A stretch of DNA of 64,000 bases from Halocafeteria seosinensis (Eukaryota), in the NCBI GenBank assembly GCA_001687465.1, contig LVLI01000251.1:62001-126000 (forward strand), given 5' to 3'. Below are positions 37,966 through 49,932 of this stretch, piece by piece. Positions within the stretch are counted from its first letter, which is position 1. Every line of letters begins with the position of its first letter. A model generated the notes under the pieces. It had not been told where the DNA came from. It saw only the letters and a program-made list of their open reading frames with translations, and ran no database searches. The translations under genes and the position numbers were made by a program.

Positions 37966-40900
37966 ATGAGTATCGGATCGGCTGCATGGGCTTTTATGAG
38001 CACATTTCGTGCTAAAAAGAGAGTGCATGTAAACAGTAAGCTGATAGCGCCATTTCATATTATCGTAAAGAGGGTCTATACGTGCACTTCGTTTTAACGC
38101 AGACGAGAAGTGGGCTTTACTGCAATGGCTAATCGCATCAGGTGAGTCTGTTCCTCGGAAACAAAAAGACATTCACTATGTAATCGCTTGTATCCTTTTC
38201 ACAGCTGTAATCCTGTACCTCTTCTTTCATATGTGGGGAGGTAAGCATCCAAACTGAGAAACGAATCGATAGCCTTTGATTTCGATATTACTGTGGCCGT
38301 ATGCAGGCATGAGCTTTATCAGATACAGACCAGTGAATGGGCTCGCGAGTGTCCAGGCAAGGGCTATGGGAAACTTTGCTGCCTCGCAAGGATCTGACTA
38401 TTGCAGCAGCGCAGCTTATTCTACCTCTTTCGGAGAACCGTAAGTGTGATACTTACAGCTAAAGCTGGGCCATCCTCTATCTGACATCGTTCGTAGTCGA
38501 CAAACAGATGGAGCGGAAGCAACATTCCATGTAGAAGTGTTGGATTGGACGATGTCATTGTTTCACGTAACCCGGATTCAATCTCAATCACCACTTTTGT
38601 GGCTGAGAGGTACGCAAGTCCAATCTCTGTGACTGCAAAATCAAGGTATCCTCGGATATTGTGTTCGAAATCTGTCTTGGCAGTAATCAAGGCGATACGG
38701 ACTCTCCAACCAGTCGCTATGTAAGTGAAGGTGGACTTTGCTGAGACAGCAAAGCTAATACGTCTTCTGGTTTTCTTTCGTTTTTTCCAGTTCACCGAAA
38801 ACTCAGAATTGGTTGAATTATCCATAGCGCACAAGTTTTCTCATGTTGGATCAACCGAGGTGGGAACGAATACTGCTTGCACACTCCGTGATACTTCAAA
38901 TAACCGTTTGAAATCGTTTCGTGGAGGATCTCCTATCACCGTTACCGTCACAGAGCTGTTAAATGCGGCGGGTATGTCTATGGTATCGCATTGTTCAATG
39001 CCTTGGAAAAGCCATACCTAAGAATTGGTGGGAAGTCACAGGTATATCTCTGGATGAAGAGCGCACTTACACTCTTCCCGGTGGTAACGAAGTTTCGGCT
39101 TTTCCACGAAACGCGGGAATTAGTCTAGTCATAGACATTGAGTATCAGAACTATGCATCCAATTTTCAGCTAGAGCAAGATGAATGTTATATTCACGTCA
39201 GGGAAACTGAGCGGCAGACTGGGCTCATAACCTATGTACCGACTCGAGGAACTCCTTCAAACACAGATGCGAAGTATGGACTAAGAATTGCGGTCAATGT
39301 AAGCGGGCGCATTGGCAAGGCAGATCCGTATGCAGTTATTTTAGCGGGAATAATAGTAGGTGGCCAAATTTATCTTGCTATGCCAGTAAGGTCTACCCTT
39401 GCCTGTCGCCATAATACAGGGAATAGTGTTGTTCTGGGCTCTAACGGACGTACTTTCCTGGATTGCACTGTATCGGTCATCGGAAATGAGGCAAGCGATA
39501 ATGGGAGATGACGAAAAGAAGCTAGCTACCACTGATAGTGTACGGTTCTATTAACTCACGGTAATTGTACGTGCTAGGGCATGCGCTAGGTTGTTTATGC
39601 AGAAGACGGGACACTGCGTCAAGAGAGATGAACTACGGTCTCTTTTGCGTACACTTTGGACGGATTTCTCCGAGCTTGGGATCACCATTAAAACGGTTCC
39701 TCTTCGCTGCACCACTAAGAACATTTTCTTGTCTTGGGAAGAGTTTGTTGGCTTTGTTGAAACCGAAAACCGGTGCTATACAGACGAGCGAATGAAAAAG
39801 AATGAGAACTCAAGAGTCCTCAGCAATGTAGCCAGAAAATCCGATGTCGAATCTCAAAGACATGAGCAGTTGACTGTAATAGTAGGGGATGAGTCCCAAG
39901 AAAGCGTTGGCGACGTATTGAAGGAAGAGAGTGACGATGATGCTGGGGACGAAGAGGAGGAAATGGACCAAATGGATGTCACTGAACCCGCTACCGCGTC
40001 CGCAGCTCTCCAGCCAGTGCAACATTCGCAAAATGTTGTGCTCATTGGGAATCTGGAAAATGCAAACAGCAAGGACAGCAGCATACTTGAGGCAGCTTCA
40101 AATGGATTTACGGACGTAATTTCCTCCGAAGGACCGGACACGGTGAGATCGGAGTTAAGTACTACAAACGTAGGTCCAGAAACCACCTCTACCACAGCGT
40201 ACACCGAAGTTGACGAAACGACCGTCACCCATGGTCAAATTAATCTCAACAATGCTAATGGAGACGATACGGTAGAATTAAATGATAAGACACCGCTAAA
40301 CGTTGATGAGAACTTGACTTGTCATGAATCGGCTGGTACTGGTACTACATCAGGCTCTGAGCAGCTTCATGAAACTGAGCCTGAAAACCAGAATGAAACG
40401 GTGTTTCCACAATACTCGCAAAATAATGGCGTGACTGAAAATGCTCTAGAGGAATGTCAAAGGCAGGGGACTTACGAGGAATTGGCTGGTACTGTCACAG
40501 CATCAGCCACTGAGCACCTTCACGATACTGAGCTTGAAAACCAGAATGAATCGATTCTTCTACAATCTTCGCAAAATGAGGGCAACGTCCACTTGTCTAT
40601 GACTGAAAGTTCTCCAGAAGAGCGTCAAGAGCAGGGGACCGAGCCTTTGGAACAGCACCAAGGTGCTGAGCCTGGAGATATTGATGTTTCACCCTCTGGA
40701 GCTTCTGAAAACATTGACGATGAGAACGTTCTAAGAGACGGCCAAGAGCAACACAATGAGGATACACAAAATATAATTGATGAGAAACCCGATGGTTCGC
40801 CGGCCGATGGCGAGCCTCATCTCCTTTCCAGGGATGAGCAAATCCTTAGTGTGGATGACCAGCTCACGGGGAACGAACTGCCGTCCGAAGAGTGTGGGCA

Positions 40901-43900
40901 GTCCTCAGTTGAAATCCATGAGCAACAAGAGAGTAAAACAAGACTGCAAGATGTCCACGGTGACGAACAAACCCTAGCACAAGAGTCTGGGGCCCGTGTC
41001 ATAGTAGCTAGTGAAAGTAGCAGCGAGTTCCCCGGAGACAAAAGAGCAGGGGGTGGAGAGGTGGAACTGGCAACTTTACCGAATGATACCGCATGGATGA
41101 CTCAGTCGGAAACGGAAAGCAAAGATCAATTAAGTACACAGACCACCGCTGAAGTAGAGGAACGAGAACTCGCACACAAGAATAGTGCGGAAGTTTCTTT
41201 AATGCGAGCTCAAACTGAGAATATCACCATAACGTCTAAAGTTTATCCTGTAGATCGAAAGAAGAAAAAGCGCCGAAAAAAAGGTAACCAATCTGCTTCG
41301 AACGTACTGGAAATAAGAGACGATGAAACTCCAGATAGCTCCAGACGATCCCAGAGTGTCAATCCGAGAGCTCACCCTGTTGTCACGGAGGAAGACGTTG
41401 ATGGAGACCAACACTCGAAGACAGTCTTCGTAGAGGCGTCAAGAGCATTGAATGTGGAAGACCAGCAGCCAACTCTAAATGACGAGAAACCTGTCGAGCT
41501 TGCTAGTCCGAAGGGTGACAACGAGAATACTTCCGTCCGCAGCACATCCTCTGAAAGTTATAAGGGTAATTTAGAACCTGTTGACGGTTTAGGTGAGTTT
41601 ATCTGCTGGTAATGTATCTTCGGTTCTAACCAATGTGTTTCGTATTTTCCCCAGAGCTACTCCCACGCCCTCAAAGCAATTCCTTCTCGGTCGACTCGGG
41701 GATTTTAACTAGCCGGAGAAGCAGGATGAACGAGGAATCAAATGTTGATGAAGAGACACATCCAGAGGAAGTCGACATACTACGTCAGTCTTACTCAGGA
41801 CCTGCTACATACGCGAACACCTCTGGTTCTGTCGAGAAAAGCGAACGCAGGGGATCGTTTTCCGAAGCGCATAGCGGAGAAGTGCTTTCTATTGTGTTCG
41901 ATAGCTGGAAACGGTGGACCCAAAAATCGTTAGAGGAAAGGCAACAATACGCCGGACAATACGGATTGTCCACTACTACACCTGAATACAGTAACTCGGA
42001 TAACTTCGTTACCATCGAAGCTACCTCGTTTTCTAAAGAACTACCTAAACGAAGCTCCCAGAAATCAAGGAGGGGAGACCACACTCCTCATGAGAGTAAT
42101 CAGGATGCTCCGAGGAGTCCTGCCCAAAAGCAGGGCGACCAGGAATCGAACGACGATGTTTTGCGTGACTCTATCGGTATCGAAGAAGTCCAGGTGGGTG
42201 ACGTTGAAGAGTCTAAATACTATGCAACTCCTACTAGCAGAAATACCGAGAGGTTGTCTACTGTGGCCAAGTATAATACCGCCGCTGACTGTATGGACAT
42301 TGAATCCTCCTCCCGGGAGCCACCTCAAGGAAACTCTCAGGAAGTAGGAAGCGAAGAACAGCTGAGCTCGTCCATGAGTCATCCACGGACGAACATGAAG
42401 GACGGCCAGGAATTAAACAATGATGTCTTGGGTGACTCCATCGGCATCAACGTCACCAATGGTAGCCTCCAGGATGTCAACTCCAAAGGCTATGCGACTA
42501 TGACTAGCGGAAAGAGCGAAAGAGTGAGCAATAGTGAAGGCACGCAGATTCCCGAAAGTTCATCAAGAGAGCGTCCACACATGTCATCAGATCAAAGTCA
42601 TATGAGCTTAGCCGACCTCGAAAGAATAGCTGTGGATGCGGATATGCCAAGCTACAACGTTGAAGCATTACTGAGGGTGGCCAAGTCCCCGTCAACTTAT
42701 TACATCGATGATGACATTCCCCCCAATCATCACGAAGAAGATTCGAATGCAGTAGGAGTTGCACGATCCCGTTCCACGAAAAGCTCTCGGAGCGCATCAG
42801 GAAGAGAAGGTAACTCCAGCAACCTCGAGGCCAAATTGTCTTTCCGTAAGCGCCCCGTGCATGACGAGGACCAAGAGGAGCAACTTCGTACCCCTCGTCG
42901 TGCACTGACCAGGAGACTCTCTCGACATACTATGTCAAGCAGATCTAAAGGCTTTGGGACCTCTGATGGTAGCAAAGCAAACAGTACTCCGGGAACTGAA
43001 GAAACTGAGAATAGATCGCTGACGCGCACGAAGAGTGCGTATATTGCCCCAGACCTGGCTTTCGCTGCGACAGGAAATGCTTTCAGTCCAGCCATATGCG
43101 GAGGAACTCTGAATTCGAAGCCCTTATCTAAGAAGCACTCCATGCGATCGAAGAAAGTGAGCAGTGAATGGGATGAGGGTAATGGAATTGATAGAAGACA
43201 TGATAGGGCTAGCACGGATTTTGATGACGACAGACACGGTGACACAGCAGAGCATTCACGAAAACGGCGTGGACGTAGTACGTCAGACGTCCGTAGCCGT
43301 GACTCGCAGAGAAGTATGAAATCTTCAGCCAGCATGCATCAAATGCGAGGATATGCGACGGCAACCGAGGGAGCTCATCAGAATCCGTCACACAATCGTT
43401 CCCGCAGCTCCCATACTCATCATACTCGCGAGTCACAAGAAGACGTGCACCACTCATATAGCAAACTGTTTCCTGCCGCAAGCAGCTACCAACTAATGTC
43501 ACACTCCAGAAATGCTGAAAACGCCCTCAGTGCACCCAGAGGTGCTAGCGAGGAAAATGGTAGACATGAGACGCGCAGTGAAAGTCGACGACGTAAAAAG
43601 CACTCCCATCGCAAGCATTCGAGCAGACATTCAGATGGAATTTCAAGAGAGAACTCTCCACAGCGTGTTTACCAAAACGTTGGGCCTGCGCAACAACCTG
43701 TGATGGCTCTTGTAGCTGGGGAAGCCTACAGGCAGCACGCCGCAGAACAGGAGCAAATAGCTCGTCGACAAGAATATGAAAGGCAAAGATACGAGTGGGA
43801 GCAACAGCTGCGGAGACAACAGCATGAATTGGCGCTACGGAGACAGCACGAAGAGGCGCGGCGCAAGCTGATCGAAGATTCCCGTCAGCAGCAAATTGAA

Positions 43901-44116
43901 TATCAACGCCAAAGATTAATGGCGCCAGCCTTTCAAGGGCCATACCAGATGCCACCTTATCAGCAACAAATGCAATCCTTCGGGTCGCAGGGACCATTAC
44001 AACCATATAACGCCCCTCATCCTACTTCTCAAGCGTTTGTCGGCCAGCCAGTTGTAAGACCTCAATACCCCCAGCCAGGTATACAGCCCTACCCCCCTCA
44101 AGGTAGAAGGTATTGA
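37966..44116 (+). CDS. P2X-receptor-like channel with a degenerate EF-hand pair and a very long disordered C-terminal tail (about 11 exons, roughly 1800 aa)
   Basis: Manual splicing gives TM1 (EKWALLQWLIASAVILYLFFHMW), PCRSVGLDDVIV...SITTFV, ELLNAAGISLD, RNAGISLVIDIEYQN, AKYGLRIAVNVSGRIGKAD and TM2 (VILAGIIGIVLFWALTDVLSWIALY). Introns 39540-39602 and 41593-41654 link it in frame to ORFs 39591-41612 and 41633-44116. Confidence 0.72.
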
Positions 44117-44222
44117 GCTCAAACTATCGAACAATTATACATGTAAGACAGATGTCGTGGTATGATCTCTTTCAACATTCAGTGTGAACATTCGTATTGC
44201 TGCCCAACCAAATAGCTGCATC

Positions 44223-44594
44223 TCACACATAGATTCCTGCCCAGAGAGCCAGGAAAAGCATTCCTGACCCAAGACAAATGGAGGCCACCACCGCTGAGGC
44301 CATCTCCTTCCAAAAGTGTCGTACAACTTTCGCTTCTACATCTGGCTGCAAAAATAGGTTGATCCAATCTGATAATATCCCCCCTTTGGACTCTACGGGC
44401 TTATTCGCATCGCCGCCGCTGTTATTCTTGCGTTTTGCTGGGCTCCCATGAGCTGAATTCGATTCCAGCGGAATGCGTTCCACCGTCCCTATGAAGAAGT
44501 AAATGGTTGCCATGAATCCACAAAGTAATAAGACGCCCGCCAGAGGAGCAAATAATTCCCTAGGAACCGGTGGTGCGTACACTGTAGCTACCAT
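44223..44594 (-). CDS. TMEM258: Oligosaccharyltransferase subunit OST5/TMEM258
   Basis: YAPPVPRELFAPLAGVLLLCG...FF and KEMASAVVASICLGSGMLFLALWAGIYV* match the two-helix OST5 family. The loop is extended. Confidence 0.85.
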   Translation of the reverse strand: MVATVYAPPVPRELFAPLAGVLLLCGFMATIYFFIGTVERIPLESNSAHGSPAKRKNNSGGDANKPVESKGGILSDWINLFLQPDVEAKVVRHFWKEMASAVVASICLGSGMLFLALWAGIYV

Positions 44595-45058
44595 ATTGCT
44601 TATAGCTTCGCCTGTGGACGCAAACCAAAGTATCTACTGTCGGCCACTGTTGATCGTTCCTTCACCTCGGGTATTCGCTTACCTTGTTTCTTTTCTCGTG
44701 TAACTAGATCTGCATCAAAGATCGAAATTGTACGTACCAATCCATACACAGAGTGTAACCGGCTGCTGTTTAACTGTAGCTGTAGAGTCTCATGACTGGC
44801 GGCTGCCAGCCGGGCCGGGCGGGCCCGGGCTTGTAGCCCGGTGTCAGGCACAACGTGACAAAGTGTCACAGGCTGTGTCACAGAGTTGTGCTCCCACTTG
44901 AAGGAATTCAAAGAGCTACTTCCAGTATATTTGGTGGTCGAACTAGCAAAGCAATTACCGCAGGGCGTGTGACTGTCCGCGCTGTTACTTTGTTGTTCTG
45001 AGGCCACACCAGTGCTGCACGTACATGTATTCCCCAAAGCTTGCGGAGGGAATCAAGT

Positions 45059-46576
45059 ATGCTTACAAAGTGGATGGCTCCGTTCATTATAGCAATGATG
45101 ATTCTTTCTCCTGAGGACTCTGCGCGAGCTACTATTTTAGGGGCAAGTACGACGTCCTTGGTTGCAGGGAAAGAAACGACGGATGCTGTACTAAACCAAA
45201 TCGATCGGCTCTGGAGAGATTCGAAGAAAGATGAGAGAGTGAGGTTGCGCTGGGCTTTGGCAGGTGCCTCGAACAAGTACAACCGAGTCTACAATGACGT
45301 GAAAGATACCCTGGCTCTTCACTTTAACATGGTTGAAGACACAAAACGTTTCAATATTCTTTTCGATATATCTATAGACACGAAGCAGATCCTGAAACTT
45401 CCTGGTTGGAATGGAGAGGAGCACATCTTTTCCAAGGTGGCTCCTAACACTCGAGTGTTACGTATTCCCAACCTTCAGTTCGAAACTGCAAACAGGAGCA
45501 GACTATGTGAAATATCAAACAGAGGCTTTAGAGAAACAGGGTTAAGAATAGCTCCACCGTGCTTTGATGGGCCTGTTAAAGATCTCCAGAGTGCGATGCA
45601 ACTTTTCTCATCGACCAAAGCATGGATCTTTAAAAAGTACGGTACTTCGGGTGGAAAGGGTCAACAAATCGTTCCCAGAAACACCTTGCAAAGTTACATT
45701 GCAGAAGAAGGTGTCCTACAAGCCCTAATTGAACCAGTTCCGTTGTACGGTAGAAAGGCTGACTTACGCATTTACGCCGTTATTTGTTCCTTTGATCCTC
45801 CGCGGATATACATCTCTAGAAACGGATATGTTCGTATAGGCTCAAAGGACATGTCCAAGCCAACGAACTTCGGTTATGTTTCGCGAACGGGACAAGAAAT
45901 ATACCATCAGACTCGTGCTTCCGAACAAACGCTTTCGTCAATTTCAACTCTAGGGCACTACTGGAGTTTGCTCAGGTCCATAGGAATAAATGTGAATAGA
46001 CTATGGAAGAGGCTGAAGAAAAAGATTGCACTAGCATTCTTGCTCTCAGGTCAAAACAAGTTTGGTTGCAAGACAAACAAAGTTCCGTACCCGTGCGGGT
46101 CGGCCACAGCGGCGGTAACAATTGATGTCATCATTGCTAGCACTGGAGAGCCGTTTATAATGGAAATTATGACTTCCGCTGGCAATTTCAAACCGCCAGG
46201 GACATTTGGCCAGTTGCATGGCGGCATCGAAGCTCGAAAGGCCCTGTGGGGGGGATATGCTTTACAGATGTCAGCACTGACAGAAAAGCACATGCGCATA
46301 AAGCATTTGAGTTATTTAAGAAATACAAACGTTACGAGTCTACTACGACAACTTCGCAAGTATTCGGTTGAGGAAGGTGTAAGACTGTTGACTGATATGA
46401 CAGTAGAGAGACAGTTCTCTTGTCATGTAAACTACGAGAGCATTTTACCATCCTTAACTTGGAATGGCTTCTCGAAGTTCATTGGCCCAGATGAGGAGAT
46501 TCTCTATGAAATCCACCGGCACCTGTCGATATTGAGCGGATTTTCTAAGAGTTCATGCGTTCAGTTCAAGTTTTGA
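45059..46576 (+). CDS. Tubulin-tyrosine-ligase-like ATP-grasp protein with an N-terminal signal-like segment, copy 1 (intronless)
   Basis: WIFKK..SGGKG, VLQALIEP..LYGRKADLRIYAVICSFDPPRIYI..GYVR, PTN, TIDVII...PFIMEI follow the TTL/TTLL motif order. Hydrophobic N-terminus. Confidence 0.75.
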   Translation: MLTKWMAPFIIAMMILSPEDSARATILGASTTSLVAGKETTDAVLNQIDRLWRDSKKDERVRLRWALAGASNKYNRVYNDVKDTLALHFNMVEDTKRFNILFDISIDTKQILKLPGWNGEEHIFSKVAPNTRVLRIPNLQFETANRSRLCEISNRGFRETGLRIAPPCFDGPVKDLQSAMQLFSSTKAWIFKKYGTSGGKGQQIVPRNTLQSYIAEEGVLQALIEPVPLYGRKADLRIYAVICSFDPPRIYISRNGYVRIGSKDMSKPTNFGYVSRTGQEIYHQTRASEQTLSSISTLGHYWSLLRSIGINVNRLWKRLKKKIALAFLLSGQNKFGCKTNKVPYPCGSATAAVTIDVIIASTGEPFIMEIMTSAGNFKPPGTFGQLHGGIEARKALWGGYALQMSALTEKHMRIKHLSYLRNTNVTSLLRQLRKYSVEEGVRLLTDMTVERQFSCHVNYESILPSLTWNGFSKFIGPDEEILYEIHRHLSILSGFSKSSCVQFKF

Positions 46577-47230
46577 TATGATCCGATAACGTTGGAAGAG
46601 TTCAACCAGGATATGGCAAGATGAGCTCCCTGCTCACACCGTTGCACGAGCCAAGCTGTCCACGAAGGCAGGAGGACTAGGGATAGTCATCTCGGACCAC
46701 GCAGCAGAAGCATCGCATATCGCCGGGGCGATCGACGCGTCAAAAACGATCCAACAAGTGACAGAAGATGAGCAGGATCTACTCGCGCAATACCGCTGCC
46801 ATGCCTCGCGGAGAGTCAGAACGCGCCGCAGGAAACAATCAGACTCCCGGATGCGAGCTACAAAGGCTACTGGAGCAAAACGAAGCTGCAGTAACACCTG
46901 GGCAAGAAGTTGCAGAGAGTAGCTACACGAACCCTGAAAGTGACGCTGACCCCACAGCAGAAAGCGTTGCTGATACCTTGCCAAGCGGACGGAGCAGCTG
47001 CAGGGCTATATACGCAGCGCCAAAGAAGGGATTTGCATTAACCGACACCGAGTAAGTGGTAGCAGTGCGCGTGCGCCTAGGGCTACCGGCCATCCCGTGA
47101 ATGAACACCAGACACAAATCTGGTCGAACACAAGGTCTGTCGTTTCATCCTCTAATGGCCTAGTTACATGGACGATGATATTGGCTTATCTTGCCCTGCA
47201 GCGCAAAGTGTGAGAGGACATGTACAACCA

Positions 47231-47248
47231 GTGTGTGTGTGTGTGTGT
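47231..47248. repeat. (GT)9 microsatellite
   Basis: Directly visible. Confidence 0.95.
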
Positions 47249-47718
47249 GGTAGGTCAAAATCGTCGTTGTGGCATAGCGAAAGACAATTCACATGTATGG
47301 GCATTCCTCGTTTACCACAAATCATAGGCTCGATAGCAACAACTGCCCTCTTTCATTAATACCTTCTCTACAAACAGCAAGGAGTCTGCGGCGCTCTGTG
47401 CTTGGCAGGTTTTCCGGTCCGGGACGGAGACGGGCCATACCTGCTACTTTGTGGAGAATCCTGTAGGAAACGCTATGATGGCGAGTTGTGGACGTTTTCC
47501 AGCTTTTGGCCTGATTCATGTCCTCAATTCCACTTACACTGTTGTCCTACTGAACTCCTATATGTGTAAGCAATACTTGTAGCAACCTGTTATTGCCTTG
47601 AAGGAAAACGCTGTAGACTGTACCAAGTACTGATATGGTGGTGCTTCCTTTCAAGCGGGATTGCTAACGATTCATAAGCTTATACCAGTCGCCAAGGATT
47701 CTTTGTGAGGGACTTTAC

Positions 47719-49356
47719 ATGATGCGAACTCCCATATTTATTATTCTACTCGCTATTGTGACCACACCTGTGGCTTTTTTGGGCTACAAGATCGCCGAAT
47801 TAAAGCAGCAAAGTGAGTATGCGCGTGTGGCTTATATTGGAAGCAACGAACAGACATTAGCAGAACATGAAATTGGAAGCCGAGGAGTTGCTAGTAATGG
47901 GAATGGGGAAGCAACTCTGCCAACACAGTCCTCATCGATTTCGCATACTCATGACGAAAATTTCTGGCAGGAGTTATCCAGAAGCATTGGCCACACATTG
48001 ACTGCCGTCGTAGGGTATCAGAAGGCTCCTCTCCGCTGGGCGCTGGACGGGAGCTCAGGCCAGTACCGACGAGTACATGACGACCTCGCGAGCACCCTGA
48101 AACTACACTTTGGGATGATTGAAGACGCACTGCGCTATAATATTCTCTTTGATGCAACAGAAGAACCACTTAACATGCAGAGTCTAGCTAGTTGGGAGCA
48201 TGAAAGACAGATCCTCTCTTCGGCGGGCCCGCAAACACGAGTACTCAGAATTCCAGGGCTCCAACGCGAATTGGTTAGCGTAGCCAGACAATGTGAAGTG
48301 TCGGAGAAAAGCTTCACGGACACTGGAATCAGGCTGTCACCTCCTTGCTTTATGGGTCCAGTGCGAAACCTCCACGAAGCTATGGGAGCATTCCCTCATA
48401 TTACCAGTTGGGCATTTGTCGAGAATACGACTGGTGGCCACGAATACTTCGGACAGGACACCATGCAGATTTCAATCCAAAAAAGCGGAATTCTTCAATC
48501 TCTGCCAGACCCCGCTCCTCTATTCGGGAAAAGAGCGCAATTGCGTGTCTACGTAGTTGTGGCTTCCCTGGATCCACCCCGGATTTATATCTCCCGTGAT
48601 GGATACGTTCAAGTGGACTCAGACATGGCGCAGTCTGGTGATTTCCAAAACATCGCCAAAGTCCATACGAACCAATTTATCCCACAGACGCTAGCTTCAG
48701 AGCAGAAGATGGCCTCCGCGGCAACTACAGGGCATTATTGGAGCATGCTTCACTCTCGTGGCCTTGACGTGGACAAGATATGGACAATACTCCAGAAGAA
48801 GATAGCTTTGAAGATTCTCCTATCTAATAATAACGTTTTCGGTTGTAAGACAAACCCGATTTCGTATCGCTGTGGTAGAACAACGCTGTTACTCTTAATG
48901 GATATAATCGTTGATAAAACAGGAGATCCGTTCATCATGCGAACGACCTCTAACCCCGGAAAGCTAGAGCCCACCAAAGCGGAGCAGCTGCTGAGTATTG
49001 GTATTGAATCACGAAGAGGATTATGGGGTGGCTATGCTTTGCAAATGTCACCATTAATTGAGCCGAGGCTGCGTATCAGCTTCCTAAAATGGCTCCAAGA
49101 TAACGATTCCGCCAAGAAATTGCAACAACTCCGCAAGTACTCTGTTGAAGAAGCCGTTGAGCTTCTTGCCGATGCTGCAGTCGAGAGCAGATTTGCCTGT
49201 AGTGTCAATTACGAAGAGATCCTTCCAACATTTGGGAACGAAGATATCTTCGCGCGGTATCTTCATGCAGATGATAAGTTACTATACGGTATCCACCGGA
49301 GTTATTTGGATTCCCTGGCATTTGACAGCGATTCTTGCGCTCTGTTCAAGTTCTGA
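47719..49356 (+). CDS. TTL-like ATP-grasp protein copy 2, type II anchored, catalytic residues degenerate (intronless)
   Basis: Anchor IFIILLAIVTTPVAFLGY. Colinear with copies 1 and 3 (LRWAL, PPCF, DPPRIYISR.GYV, FGCKTN, LWGGYALQMS, SC..FKF*) but carries KRAQLR, GYVQ and FIMRT. Confidence 0.75.
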   Translation: MMRTPIFIILLAIVTTPVAFLGYKIAELKQQSEYARVAYIGSNEQTLAEHEIGSRGVASNGNGEATLPTQSSSISHTHDENFWQELSRSIGHTLTAVVGYQKAPLRWALDGSSGQYRRVHDDLASTLKLHFGMIEDALRYNILFDATEEPLNMQSLASWEHERQILSSAGPQTRVLRIPGLQRELVSVARQCEVSEKSFTDTGIRLSPPCFMGPVRNLHEAMGAFPHITSWAFVENTTGGHEYFGQDTMQISIQKSGILQSLPDPAPLFGKRAQLRVYVVVASLDPPRIYISRDGYVQVDSDMAQSGDFQNIAKVHTNQFIPQTLASEQKMASAATTGHYWSMLHSRGLDVDKIWTILQKKIALKILLSNNNVFGCKTNPISYRCGRTTLLLLMDIIVDKTGDPFIMRTTSNPGKLEPTKAEQLLSIGIESRRGLWGGYALQMSPLIEPRLRISFLKWLQDNDSAKKLQQLRKYSVEEAVELLADAAVESRFACSVNYEEILPTFGNEDIFARYLHADDKLLYGIHRSYLDSLAFDSDSCALFKF

Positions 49357-49932
49357 TTTATGTTTATTGTATTTATTCTACCGGGAGAGCTATAATAAAA
49401 ATCCGGCTATAACAGCGACTGCCCATGCTTCCTGGTTCAGTGCATGAGTGGTTGGCATTTGACGAAGTCGCGAAGTGTGTCAACTGTCTCTTTCGTTGTC
49501 GTTAATTGGAAAGTTTAGAATGTTGGTGCATACCTACCCAAACTTTATTCGTGCCAACATGTTAACACGTCATTGAATCCTTCCATCCACTCGTATAGTT
49601 TTTCATCGTTTGCGCTGCCTCTCTCCGAACAGCGGGCCCGTCGCTGCCAGACAGGGGCGCCAGCTGTTACCCAAGTAGCGGCTCACATCCAACTGCTGGT
49701 GGCCCATCAGTCACATATTCGTCGTCGTTGTGATACTGTCTGAGCATTCACACCAGAAGACTCAGCATCCCTTTGAACTATCGCCCGCTTCTTCAAGCTA
49801 TACATTGGCACGATAACATCAGACGACCTCATGCGCCAATACAATGCTAGTGCTCGCTTGACCTTTGCACGTACCGAAACATATTGAGTGAACTAAATCC
49901 TGAACAGTATGGGCCAGTATCAAAGTAGGTAT

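Noticed and set aside
42504..44006. Long antisense ORFs opposite the P2X-like tail
   Set aside because: Expected shadows of low-complexity coding sequence, with no motifs.
46600..47150. Short overlapping ORFs between TTL-like copies 1 and 2
   Set aside because: They look like decayed coding DNA, but no family or consistent frame could be assigned.
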